A DNA stretch of 64,000 bases, from the NCBI GenBank assembly GCA_959602045.1, contig CAUGRT010000004.1, positions 1 to 64,000 of the forward strand, read 5' to 3'. The first letter of the stretch is position 1, and each line of letters opens with the position of its first letter. Both the position numbers and the translations under genes were made by a program. Positions 7,305 to 17,233 of this stretch are shown here, one piece after another. The notes beneath the pieces were generated by a model. That model was not told the DNA's origin. It saw nothing but the letters and a program-made list of their open reading frames with translations, and made no database searches. The DNA is from an uncultured Clostridia bacterium (GTDB lineage: Bacteria; Bacillota; Clostridia; UBA1381).

Positions 7305-10300
7305 TCAAGCTTGATTTCCTTGTTCCGTCCATTTTGCATAGAGTGTGAAGCTCTTTGTTACCTTTGCGGAAAAATCGTACTTGGTTTTGAGTTCCTTATC
7401 CGAGTACCAACCGTCAAAATCAAAGTTTTCCTTTGTCGGCGCTGTCGGCTCTTTCATAACGCTGTTTCTTGTGACGGTCTGATTTGAAACCTTGCTGCCG
7501 CCGTTCGATTCAAACGATACGGTGTAGTGTGAAGTGCTTCGTCCACCGCCGCCACCGGATCCACCGGTGGAGTCAAAGGTATAGGTCAGAATAACGCTGT
7601 CCGCATGGGCATCGCCGGTCAGCACGGGGTTGACCGCAGCCGTCTTGCCTTCGATATCGTTATAGGTGGACTTTTCGGAAAATACGTCTGTGCCGGCGGT
7701 CTTAAGAGTAATATTCACTGTGTAGACCGTACGGGAACGGAATGTATCGCCAATGGCAAGAGTGGTACCGTCCGCAGCCTTCCACTCGGTGCTATCCACA
7801 TAATATGTACTGTCGGTGGAGGCAGCTGTTGCCGCAGCAACATCCCTGACGGGCTTGGCAACGGTCAGATTCTCTACCTTTATGCTGGTCAGTGCAGGGA
7901 TCACAGTTTCGCTTCCTGCCTTCACAGCATGGCAGTCTGCGCACTCCTCATGCTGCTTGCCATCTGCATTGGGGGTTGCGGGGGTTACTGTCACCCACTG
8001 CCAGTTGTGGTTGGCGGTTTCGGTGTAGTTTGCGGTTTCGCCGGACTTCTTGCACTTGGAGCAGGTACGGCTATGATTGGTATCATCAACCTTCGTCCAT
8101 GCGGAGAAGTCGTGGGGTTCCACCTTGAAATCGTCGCCCGCTGTGCGCAGGTCTTGATATGCGTGCCGGGGTCCATGTACACCCAATCCTGCCCGTTGGT
8201 ATCGTGGGTATGGCCGACCGTTACGGTGCAGGTAGCGGATTTGGTGCCGCAGGTGGCTGTGATAATTGCCGTGCCCTGTGCCTTGGCAGTTACCTTGCCG
8301 GTAGTATCAACCTCCGCGACTGCGGGCTTGTCACTCGTCCAAGTCAGGCTGCCCGCTGCGTTGACAGGCTCCTTCACGGCGGAGAGCTGATAGGTGTCGT
8401 TGATATCCAGATTTACCTTTGCCGGGGCAACGGTAAGGCCGGTAAGCTCAATGACGGGGGCTGCGGTCACGGTGACGTTGAAGCGGGAAGTCTGAGAAAA
8501 CGATTTGACATTGGTTTCGCCTTCCTTGACAGCAACCAGCTCAAGTCTGGTGTTTGCCGATCCGGTGTGCGCCGCTTTCGGCTTGATCTTGCCGTTCTCC
8601 AGCGTAATATTATCATCGCTCGTCAGATACGAAGCGCCGCTGGTTCCAACCTTGACAATGCGCCATTCCAGATGATAACCGCTGTTCTCGGGCAGCAGCT
8701 TCGGAAGATTGGTCGGAAGCTCCGCCTCGTCATTTTCGCTCAGGGTAATATCCTCGTATGCGTAAACGCTCTCAAGTCTCAAAGCATTGGCCACAGTGGA
8801 ATCATCGTATACAACCACATACCATGTGCCGCCGCCGTCCGTGCTGCGCTGCCACCGGTACGCCTTGGTGGCATCCGCGGGGGTAACGCTGGCAGCGATG
8901 GAGATGGGGCGGTCGTAGACAATGCTGCTGGTGTAGTACACGCTGCCCTCGATGGTGGGATCGGGTTCAACCACCGGCGCGTCATTCACCACCAGCTTGA
9001 CGATATGCTCGTTACTGTAAATACCGATGTTACCGGTGCCCTTTTTCAGATTCAGATGCAGGGCAAAGGAATAGACCTTGGGGGCTGCGCCCGCAGGAAT
9101 GGTATAGCTATATTCGGTGGCGGTGGGACTGATGGCATCAGGGGTGGGCGTGGCAGAGCCGGAGATATAGCGGTCGCACGTTGCGTTATAGCTGTAGCCT
9201 GCGTCTTTCAGCTCCTGCGCCAAAGGCTTCCACTCGAATTTGAGGGTATGCGCCTCGTCGTTGTTCAGATTCTCAACGGTGCCCTTCCAGTCCTTGAAGT
9301 AATCGATGGGGTTGCCGTCCAGCGTGACGGACTTCATGCCCCATGCGTTGGGAAGAATCTTGGTCGGCTGGTCATTCACTGCCTTGATCTCAAATACAAA
9401 GCCCTCTGACCATCGCCCACTTTTGTTGTAATAGGAAATATATTCGCGGTAGCTACTGGTGTCCTGTGCCGCAAAAGTGCCCTTGCCGGTCTGAACAACG
9501 TTTTTTTCCAGCATTTCATCTGCCAAAAACGTGACATCGCTATATGACAGACGCGGTCTCACAGGTGCATAACCATAATCCGAGGATTGCTTATCAACTG
9601 ACAATGTTTCATGGATAGTGCCGCCGTTCAGCTTTGCCGCTACATGGTAACCCGTTAAATCCTTTTCGTTTTTATCTAAAAATTTTGGTCTCATCCAAAA
9701 TTTCTTGTGGAACTCACCGCCGTTGATGACCACTTCGGGTGTGAAAAAGCTGTAGCAGCCACCCATGCCTGTACATAGTCGAGGAAAATACCGTTGTTGA
9801 TCTCGGTGAGCGGTTTGGTGCCGTCACCCGGGCCATTGAGCATGACCTTCTTTTCAAAGGTGCCTCCGTTAATCTTGACGCGGGGTTCATTTTGATTCCA
9901 GTCGTTGCCGCCGGCGTAGCAGTGGATCACACGCTTCCATCTCGTATCGTTCCTGAGGCTGCCGGCATCCACCTTCAGCGTTCCGCTGTTGAGGGTGAAC
10001 TGTCCGTAGGTATGTACATTAATGAGGTAGCACGAGTCGTTGTAGGTCGAGCCGAGGATGGTTCCCTTCTGGCCGGAGCTGCTGTCCAGCACCGTCAGGC
10101 TGCCATGATTGATCATGAACATATTGCTCATAGCGGTTTTTGCGGAGTACATCCGCAGCGTGTGGCCGTTCAGGTCAAGCTGCTTCTTGCCCCTGACCTC
10201 CAGCGACTCAAGGATACCCATGCCGCTGCTCAGCGTGCCGGTGTCGATGTCGCTGCCCAGCTTGATATTGTCCGGGGGATTCTGCGTGCTCAGCGCCGCC

Positions 10301-10433
10301 TTCAGCTCATCATAGGTGGTGACCGTCGTCCACGTCTCCGCTGCACTGACCGTCACGCCCATGGCGGGTACAAGCGTAAGCAGCATTGCCAGTGTCAGTA
10401 AAACAGAAAAAAAATTGTCTTGTCCTTTTCACA
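7305..10433 (-). pseudogene. Large cell-surface protein gene (Big_2 Ig-like domain, Listeria-Bacteroides-type repeat) split into three frames
   Basis: Track ORFs 9691..10386, 7991..9766 and 7305..8186 overlap end-to-end in different frames. One shift maps to an A5 run at about 9754-9758; another lies in an A8 run at 10407-10414 near the start. A Big_2 motif reads LTWTSDKPAVAEVDTTGKVTAKAQGTAIITATCG. The C-terminal FDGWY...TLYAKW repeat is present. The region is markedly GC-richer than its flanks. Confidence 0.6.
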
Positions 10434-10590
10434 TTTATATCCTCCTTTTGATGTGATATTTTACATTCCTCTGCAAAATTTGCCGGAATGTATCGGATTA
10501 ACTATCAGTATAATCCGAACTTCAGATTTCTTTGTCTGCGTTAGTATCTTTCGATATAACTTTGCATCTCCTTTCTTTTGGGTTTTGCAT

Positions 10591-11178
10591 TTATCCGATA
10601 TTTCGACCCGAGATTGCATTTCCGCAATACTCGCATTTACCGGAGCTTCCGGCGCGGATTCTTGTTGTTCCGTTACATTTTTCGCATACAACGTTGACAA
10701 AGCTTGTTTTGCTGTTCTCTCTGCCCGAGAGAAGCACGCATGGCGATCCCTGCTTTTGCAGTGTACAATCTCGAAAGACGCCCTTTCTGAAAAGCCATTC
10801 AAGCTCGGAAAGCGCCTTATAGGACGGTTTTCCCATCTGCTTTGAAATCTCCTCAATCGTAACAGTGCCGTCTTGGTCGCACATAAATATTGAATCGTAA
10901 CGGCGTGCAAGATTAGCTCTTATTCCGTTTTTTATGCCGTTTATAAACATCAGTGCGGACGGAACAAGCATAACTATATTGGTAATCAGGTTATCGCGAA
11001 GCTTTTCGTTATACCCTGTAACCCCCGAAATAATTCCAAACAGAAAAACCGCCGTGAAGAAGCCGCCTATAATCATTTGTATGTGCTTCTTCAATGTAAG
11101 TCTTGCTATTGCCGCCGCTGAAATATACGTTCCGCCGCCGGAGAATAATTTCGTATTCGTATTCGTCTTCATTTTCAC
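10591..11178 (-). CDS. Multi-pass membrane protein with a C-terminal zinc ribbon
   Basis: Hydrophobic segments plus CEKCNGTTRIRAGSSGKCEYCGN; a 4-nt overlap with the upstream gene indicates translational coupling. Confidence 0.5.
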   Translation of the reverse strand: MKMKTNTNTKLFSGGGTYISAAAIARLTLKKHIQMIIGGFFTAVFLFGIISGVTGYNEKLRDNLITNIVMLVPSALMFINGIKNGIRANLARRYDSIFMCDQDGTVTIEEISKQMGKPSYKALSELEWLFRKGVFRDCTLQKQGSPCVLLSGRENSKTSFVNVVCEKCNGTTRIRAGSSGKCEYCGNAISGRNIG

Positions 11179-12017
11179 TGCCTCCGAAATATCATCATTC
11201 CCGCACCGATTACCGCAAGCAGTATACCGGCTACTATGGCGAAAATCGAGCCGCCGCGCACGCCTTTTTTGTTCTCCTCGGCAAATTCCTCCGCCGTCAT
11301 AAGTCCCTTAAAGGTTGTAACCGAATCTACATCTTCGCTTTTTATCAGGGTATCGCCTTTTTGTACGCCGATAATCGTATATTCGAGCGGATCGTCGGGC
11401 GAAACAATACCGTAGGATATTTTTTGAGCTCCGTCTCCCGCTGATGAGTACATACCTGTTGTTTTTTTCGGCAGCCAACTTTCTTTCGAAACGCAGTAGC
11501 GGCTTTCTTTTCCGCCCGAAAGCACCTTCCAGCCCGCATTAAGACTTTGCTCGTCATATTGCGTAAATTCGGTGTTTCTTATAAGGGGATTAAGCAGCTC
11601 GCTTTCCACCTTAAATTCACCGAGCACGGTAGGTGCGGCAAGCATGGTTGATGTAAGTATCTCGGCGTTTATTCCAAAATTCGCCTTTTCGCTGTAGTCG
11701 GTATTCTCCGGGTGCCAGTCCCACACTTTTTCATCACCGCTGCCGGTATCCTGTTTATAAGTCCAAACCGTTCTTTTCGCCGTTACTCCGGGAAGCTTAA
11801 CGCCCGTTATCGGGTCCTGGAGCTGTTCTGCCGGTTTAAGAGTTCCCGAAACAACCACAAGCTTTCCCTCGTTTTCGGGAAGAATCCTGCCGTCCTTAAT
11901 CGTTACCGCCGACCTTATTTGTTTTTCGGCTTTTGGGGCGGAAAAAAGCGCTTTTATTGCAAGGGCGGCAAAGAGCAATCCGCCTATAATCAGTATAACG
12001 CCGATTATTCTTTTCAT
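11175..12017 (-). CDS. Membrane protein with N- and C-terminal transmembrane segments
   Basis: N-terminal helix IIGVILIIGGLLFAALAI and C-terminal helix IFAIVAGILLAVIGAGMMIF. The likely start is the second ATG, 8 nt after GGAGG. Confidence 0.5.
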   Translation of the reverse strand: MKRIIGVILIIGGLLFAALAIKALFSAPKAEKQIRSAVTIKDGRILPENEGKLVVVSGTLKPAEQLQDPITGVKLPGVTAKRTVWTYKQDTGSGDEKVWDWHPENTDYSEKANFGINAEILTSTMLAAPTVLGEFKVESELLNPLIRNTEFTQYDEQSLNAGWKVLSGGKESRYCVSKESWLPKKTTGMYSSAGDGAQKISYGIVSPDDPLEYTIIGVQKGDTLIKSEDVDSVTTFKGLMTAEEFAEENKKGVRGGSIFAIVAGILLAVIGAGMMIFRRQ

Positions 12018-12038
12018 AGTCATTCCTCCGTTCTGTGG

Positions 12039-13211
12039 CTATTCAAGCTTTTTTGCCTGATATTGATACTCGTCCTGTATAAATTTCGCATTCTTATCTG
12101 TAAGAGCATTTACAACCTCGCCAAACGCTTCAAACTGCTCTTTTGAACAGTGTGCCGCAACGGGTTTGCAGGCATAACCGCGCGTCATACGTCCTAAATT
12201 TTCGTTTTTTACAAGTCCGAGCATAACCTCATAAAGTTCATCCGTATTGAAATATGTAGCTTTTTCTCTCCATGCGTCATAATTTTCATCGGATTTGGTT
12301 GTAAAGCTTGTCACAGCTGCCCATGCCGGAACTTTGTCACTGCCCGGTGTGGTTTTAAAATAGTCTATCGTAGCTCTGTATGCCGCTTCGCTTGTGTTTT
12401 CGTGCGACGGATAATCGTACCACAGCCAAACAAGCCCTCTTACACCGTTTGAATGAAGGTCTGCGTCAGCCTCGTTTTTCAGCATTTCCGAGATAGGCGC
12501 AACCACCCTGTCATCACCGAGGAGACCGGCATACTCATATGCGGCTTTCCGAACCTCATTATCCGAATCCTTCATCAGCTCGATTTCCGCATCAACCGCA
12601 CCATCAAGAGTTTTGTTCCATGTGCTTCCAATAGCAACCGCCGCCTGCCTTCTTACAACTGCGTTTTCATTCTTTGCCGCATCAAGCAGGAATTTGCCGA
12701 TTTCTGCATCCTTGCCGCCTTCATTTCCAAGAGCTCTCACCGCACATTTAATAACATAAGGCTCTTTTTCGGTTTTCAGAATTTCCTTTGCCGCCGCTTT
12801 ATGTGAATCACTTGCCCCGAAAAATGTGGCGATGTTTGAAAACGCATAGCCTCTTACCTGAGGTGAGTCGCTTTTTAAAAGAGGCTCGACAAACTCCTTT
12901 GCCGCAGGAAGCTTCGCCTTGTTATCCTTAAGCTTTTTAATTGCTTTATCCGTTATATTTTCATCAAGCTCAAGCTTATCGTTGATTGTTGCATATGAAT
13001 ATGTGGAAGCAAGGTTTATAAATTCGTCCAGGGTTATGTTCTGCTCATCCTTTATAAACTCTTTTATCAAATCGTCCTCCGTCATATTTGCGTAGTCAAT
13101 CTTTTTAGCTCCCCCGGCTTGTTGTCCGCCGTTTTCGGTCTTGTCTCCTCCGCACGATGCAAGTGTGAATATCATTCCGATTGTCAAAATCATTGCTAAT
13201 AACTTTTTCAT
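12039..13211 (-). CDS. Lipoprotein with HEAT/PBS-lyase-like repeats
   Basis: Lipobox FTLASC after MKKLLAMILTIGMI; repeated VRxxAxxALG-type HEAT units (VRRQAAVAIG, VRKAAYEYAG). Confidence 0.6.
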   Translation of the reverse strand: MKKLLAMILTIGMIFTLASCGGDKTENGGQQAGGAKKIDYANMTEDDLIKEFIKDEQNITLDEFINLASTYSYATINDKLELDENITDKAIKKLKDNKAKLPAAKEFVEPLLKSDSPQVRGYAFSNIATFFGASDSHKAAAKEILKTEKEPYVIKCAVRALGNEGGKDAEIGKFLLDAAKNENAVVRRQAAVAIGSTWNKTLDGAVDAEIELMKDSDNEVRKAAYEYAGLLGDDRVVAPISEMLKNEADADLHSNGVRGLVWLWYDYPSHENTSEAAYRATIDYFKTTPGSDKVPAWAAVTSFTTKSDENYDAWREKATYFNTDELYEVMLGLVKNENLGRMTRGYACKPVAAHCSKEQFEAFGEVVNALTDKNAKFIQDEYQYQAKKLE

Positions 13212-13233
13212 AATATTGAATTCCTCCGTTTTT

Positions 13234-14559
13234 TTATTGTTTATCATTATCATCAAATATGTCACCACATTCAGGGCAGAATTTCGGCGGATTTTTAGGA
13301 TCTTCCGGTTCCCAGCCGCACTTATCACATTTATAAAGCGGTGCGCCCGCAGGTTTCGGATTCCCGCAGTTTTGGCAGAATTTGCCCTTGTTTACCGTGC
13401 CACACGAACACGTCCAGCCGTCGGGCGATGCCTGCGGTTTTCCGCAGTTCATACAGAATTTCCCGGTATTGCCCGTCTGACCGCATTCACAGCTCCAGCC
13501 TGCCGCCTGAGGCTGCTGCGCCTGTTGTTGAGGCTGCTGTTGCTGCTGACCCATCGCAAAAAGATTGCCTGCATTCATGCCGCCTGCGTTCTGCGCCATA
13601 TTCATTCCGAAAAATCCGCCCATTGCACCCATTCCGCCTTCGTTTGCCGCTGCCGTTCTCATAGCGTCTGTCTGCCCGCCGACAATGCGCGCCGCCGCAA
13701 TATTCGGATTGGTTGTCATAATGTTTTCCTCCCACTCGGTAATCTTCTTTCTCTGGTCCTCGGGGATAGATACACCGTTAATGCTTACGGCGAAAAGCTC
13801 GATTCCGCGTTTTTCCTTCCACTCGGCTTTAAGCTCATCGGCAAGCGCCTTTGTAACCTCTTTTGTATGTGCAGGAATTTCCGAATACATTATTTTCATT
13901 GCCGAAATCTGCGCAAATGCCGGTCTGAGAGCGTCCAGAAGCTCGCTCTTTAACATTTCGTCAATTTCCGAACGGCTGTATACATATTCGACATTACCGG
14001 TCACATTCGTGTAAAACATAACGGGATCGGCTATTTTATAGGAATACACGCCGTTACACCTTAAATCCACCGACAGCTTATAGTTCATAGACTCATCTAT
14101 CGTTACCCTAAAGGGTACAGGTGAAGACGTACCAAATTTATTTCCTGTTATTTCCTTTGTATTAAAATAATAAACCCTCTGATCCTTGCCCGGTTCGCCT
14201 CCGAAAGTAAAACGCTTGCCTACCTGCGCAAAGCTTTGCTTAATGCTTTCGCCTAAGCTACCACAGAAAATACTCGGTTCGGTGGAATTATCGTAGACAA
14301 ACTCTCCGGCCTCGGCGCAAAATTCAACAATTTTGCCCGATTCCACGATAATCATGCTCTGCCCCTCATTTATCGAAATGATTGAACCGTTTGAAATAAT
14401 GTTGTCGTCTCCCTTTTTGTTGGAGCTTCTTTTTCCCACTCGTTTTTCGCCTTTTGCCACAAGTGTGTCAGCATCCAAGCTTTCGCAGTAGAAAAATTCT
14501 CTCCACTGATCAGCTAAAACGCCGCCGAGCGCCCCTGCGCCTGCTTTTAAAAGTCCCAT
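13234..14559 (-). CDS. SPFH/band-7 domain protein with a Q/G/M-rich linker and four C-terminal zinc-ribbon Cys pairs (COG4260-like)
   Basis: The N-terminus MGLLKAGAGALGGVLADQWREFFYCESLDADTLVAKG is typical of this family. A poly-Q stretch QQQQQPQQQAQQPQ is followed by CxxC...CxxC repeated four times. Confidence 0.7.
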   Translation of the reverse strand: MGLLKAGAGALGGVLADQWREFFYCESLDADTLVAKGEKRVGKRSSNKKGDDNIISNGSIISINEGQSMIIVESGKIVEFCAEAGEFVYDNSTEPSIFCGSLGESIKQSFAQVGKRFTFGGEPGKDQRVYYFNTKEITGNKFGTSSPVPFRVTIDESMNYKLSVDLRCNGVYSYKIADPVMFYTNVTGNVEYVYSRSEIDEMLKSELLDALRPAFAQISAMKIMYSEIPAHTKEVTKALADELKAEWKEKRGIELFAVSINGVSIPEDQRKKITEWEENIMTTNPNIAAARIVGGQTDAMRTAAANEGGMGAMGGFFGMNMAQNAGGMNAGNLFAMGQQQQQPQQQAQQPQAAGWSCECGQTGNTGKFCMNCGKPQASPDGWTCSCGTVNKGKFCQNCGNPKPAGAPLYKCDKCGWEPEDPKNPPKFCPECGDIFDDNDKQ

Positions 14560-14583
14560 AATTCTGTTCTCCTCTCAATTATT

Positions 14584-15132
14584 TTATTTTTTATACTCTG
14601 TTATATCCCATATATCGGGTGTACATATCAGCCTGCCGTTTTCATCCGTATCAAGCGTGATTTTGTGTCCGCCGCGCATAACGATATAAATTTCAACATC
14701 GCCGCCGCAGTTTATTATATACGGTGTGCCGTCATGTACTTTTTGCAAATTTTTCTTGTCTCCGTTTTGAATCAGCTCGTTTTCCTCTCCGTACCGCGGA
14801 ATAACAAGATACCATTTTTCTCCGCCGTAATCATAATGCTTTACGGCTTTGCGCTGCTCCTCTGAAAGCTTTGAAAAAAGTTTTTCTATATATTCCTTTG
14901 CCGTATTTTTGCCGTTTTCTCCCTCTCCGAGATATGCGACCGCCCAATAGGGATAGTCATCGATTTCATCGAACGGAAGAGTGTTTGCGTATTCTGTACG
15001 ATGCTCGCTGTCAACATATACCATGCCCGGTCCGTCCAGCATAAAAGGTTTTTCTCTGGGAGCCCTGCATCCGAAAATACCGGCAATAACCGTAAATATC
15101 GCAATTGCTTTCATCAGCCTCACCTTAATCAC
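14584..15132 (-). CDS. Small lipoprotein, hypothetical
   Basis: Signal peptide with IAGIFGC lipobox; ATGA overlap with the upstream gene. Confidence 0.5.
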   Translation of the reverse strand: MIKVRLMKAIAIFTVIAGIFGCRAPREKPFMLDGPGMVYVDSEHRTEYANTLPFDEIDDYPYWAVAYLGEGENGKNTAKEYIEKLFSKLSEEQRKAVKHYDYGGEKWYLVIPRYGEENELIQNGDKKNLQKVHDGTPYIINCGGDVEIYIVMRGGHKITLDTDENGRLICTPDIWDITEYKK

Positions 15133-16322
15133 CCTTTCGGCAATTCAATTCTCATATCGTAGCAAAGAATTCTCGAAATCAGTGCTGCAGCTTCGCTCCG
15201 TTTAACCTGTGAATCCGGATAAAATGCCATGTATTCATCGCTTCCCACTGCGACTCCTTTATTGTAAAGATCCAAAATTTCATATGCGAAGGGCGTTGTG
15301 TCATAAACGTCCGGAATATCGGTTATCGGAACATCGTTTATAAAATACGGATTGACGTCGCACCGTGAAAACAGATATGCCATCTGTGCACGCGTTGCGT
15401 TTTCCTCCCAATCGAAGATTATATAATCTTCAATTATTGCATTGTAATAGCAATAATCCACATAAACATCATACCAGTTTTCACCGGTCATTTGGAATTC
15501 AACTTCATCTCTTTCGTATTGGCTTTTATTGTGAATTACCGCGGCAATTTTGGCTGCCTCAGCACAGGTAAGCCCTGCATTCGGGTCAAATTCCCTTTTG
15601 TTTTTCCCGTTTATGATGCCGAAGCTGTAAGCCGTCTGCACATAAGAATAGTACCATGCGTCCGGCGATATGTCCGCAAACGGCAGAGAGGTATCCTCCA
15701 GATATTTGCTTCCTTTAAAACCGCAGTCCTCGCAGTATATCATGTTTTCACCGAAAATATCCTTTTCCGTCATACTCTCAACAAGCGCAGTATGCATAAG
15801 TGAAAAACTAAAATTCCCGTCACCCTTTGCATCGGATATTTTTTCGTACATCACATGCTCATCTGCCGTGCACGGGATATAAAACTGTATAAATCCGGTT
15901 CCGACAAACACATCAAAATCAAACGTTATTTCCTCTGAATTCAATGTAACCTCATTAAGATTTGTGCAGTTGGCAAAAGCACGCTCACCGATATTTTTCA
16001 CACTTGACGGAATATATGCACTTTCGGTATTGCAACCTTCAAATGCATTTGTGTTTATCAATTCAATTCCTTCGGCAACGGATATGGCTTCAAGTCCTAA
16101 GTCAAAACAAGCCATAACACCGATTTCATTGATTATTGTTCCGTCTATTTCTGCCGGGAAAAAGGCAAATTCATCACCGTAATAAGCGGTAATTACTCCA
16201 TCCTTTGTGTATTCATACATACCGTCTGCCGATTTGAATGTTTCCCATTCCGCACAGACAACAGTGCTGCTTAAAATCAGCAGTGCTGCAAGCAATAACG
16301 ATAATTTTTTCACGCTTCGCAC
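15129..16322 (-). CDS. Cell-surface protein with BspA-type leucine-rich repeats and C-terminal SLH domains
   Basis: Signal peptide MRSVKKLSLLLAALLILSSTVVCA; LRR units (INTNAFEGC..., IGERAFANCTNL...); SLH-like segments (FDPNAGLTCAEAAKIAAV, ATRAQMAYLFSR, VKRSEAAALISRIL). Confidence 0.65.
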   Translation of the reverse strand: MRSVKKLSLLLAALLILSSTVVCAEWETFKSADGMYEYTKDGVITAYYGDEFAFFPAEIDGTIINEIGVMACFDLGLEAISVAEGIELINTNAFEGCNTESAYIPSSVKNIGERAFANCTNLNEVTLNSEEITFDFDVFVGTGFIQFYIPCTADEHVMYEKISDAKGDGNFSFSLMHTALVESMTEKDIFGENMIYCEDCGFKGSKYLEDTSLPFADISPDAWYYSYVQTAYSFGIINGKNKREFDPNAGLTCAEAAKIAAVIHNKSQYERDEVEFQMTGENWYDVYVDYCYYNAIIEDYIIFDWEENATRAQMAYLFSRCDVNPYFINDVPITDIPDVYDTTPFAYEILDLYNKGVAVGSDEYMAFYPDSQVKRSEAAALISRILCYDMRIELPKG

Positions 16323-16328
16323 CTCCCG

Positions 16329-17207
16329 TTACTTTATTTTGGCTTCCGCATCGTCCGCGCGTCTTGTGTAAACCGCCATGCCGCCGGTCGCTGCGTCATT
16401 CATGGCATTTATGCCTTCCTTCAGTTTTTCTTTGTCCGCCTCCGTTACGGCTTCCTCACCTTTTGTTGCGGCCTTAAAAGCCGTTCCGAATGCCGCCGCC
16501 ATTCCAATCGCTGCCGCATCCTCTCTTTTTTCTGCCTTACTTCTGCCAAAGCCGAACAAGCCTCTTTCATCATCGTGAACGCCGAAAATATAATCAAACT
16601 TGCATTTTGCATTGTGTGCATACTGCAAATCCGAACGGTCTTTTTTGCTGAAACAAACTTTAATTTCATGCTTAATATACGGATGAGGGCGAAGACCTTT
16701 TTTGTTGTCTGTATTCACCTTGCTCATATTTCCGCCCAAAAGCTTGATTTTTAGTCCGCATTCCTTAAATTCAGGATTTTTTCCCGGCTCGCTTGCCGGT
16801 GTTTCATCTATGTATTCCTCATAGCTTGCCACCTGATCGTAGCGGAAAAGCTCGTTCATTTTGCCTCTGCCCATGTTGCTTCTGTGTTTAATCCGAAACA
16901 TTCCCAAATCATCGCAAAATTCAATGCCCATTTCCTTGAGCGACGAAGGGTATGTGTCTTTCTTTCCTTCTTTGGAATAGACCTCCTCAAAAAGTCTGTT
17001 CTGCCTTTTCATATATTCTATATGCCCCCTGACTTCGTCCAATGTCAGCTCGCTCAGCCTAATGTACTTTGAACATAGATTTCCGCAATCGTCACATAAA
17101 AATTCCTTGTTCCTGATTTTCGAACGATGCATCATGCCGCATTCCTTGCCGCATAATGCACAAATTTTTTTACCGAAAATGTTCTTAAAAAAATCACCTA
17201 TTCCCAT
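16329..17207 (-). CDS. DUF4428-type zinc-ribbon protein
   Basis: N-terminal CALCGKEC...CDDCGNLC double Cys pairs. Confidence 0.5.
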   Translation of the reverse strand: MGIGDFFKNIFGKKICALCGKECGMMHRSKIRNKEFLCDDCGNLCSKYIRLSELTLDEVRGHIEYMKRQNRLFEEVYSKEGKKDTYPSSLKEMGIEFCDDLGMFRIKHRSNMGRGKMNELFRYDQVASYEEYIDETPASEPGKNPEFKECGLKIKLLGGNMSKVNTDNKKGLRPHPYIKHEIKVCFSKKDRSDLQYAHNAKCKFDYIFGVHDDERGLFGFGRSKAEKREDAAAIGMAAAFGTAFKAATKGEEAVTEADKEKLKEGINAMNDAATGGMAVYTRRADDAEAKIK

Positions 17208-17233
17208 AATTCTTTCCTCCTTAAAATTTGTTT

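Noticed and set aside
7605-9409. Long plus-strand ORFs (261 aa, 416 aa and others) opposite the surface-protein gene
   Set aside because: They are antisense, low-complexity Gly/Arg/Ala-rich artefacts of the high-GC region. They have no ribosome-binding site and no domain signature, and the real gene is on the minus strand.
12453-12806. 117-aa plus-strand ORF inside the HEAT-repeat lipoprotein gene
   Set aside because: Antisense to a well-supported gene, with no signal.
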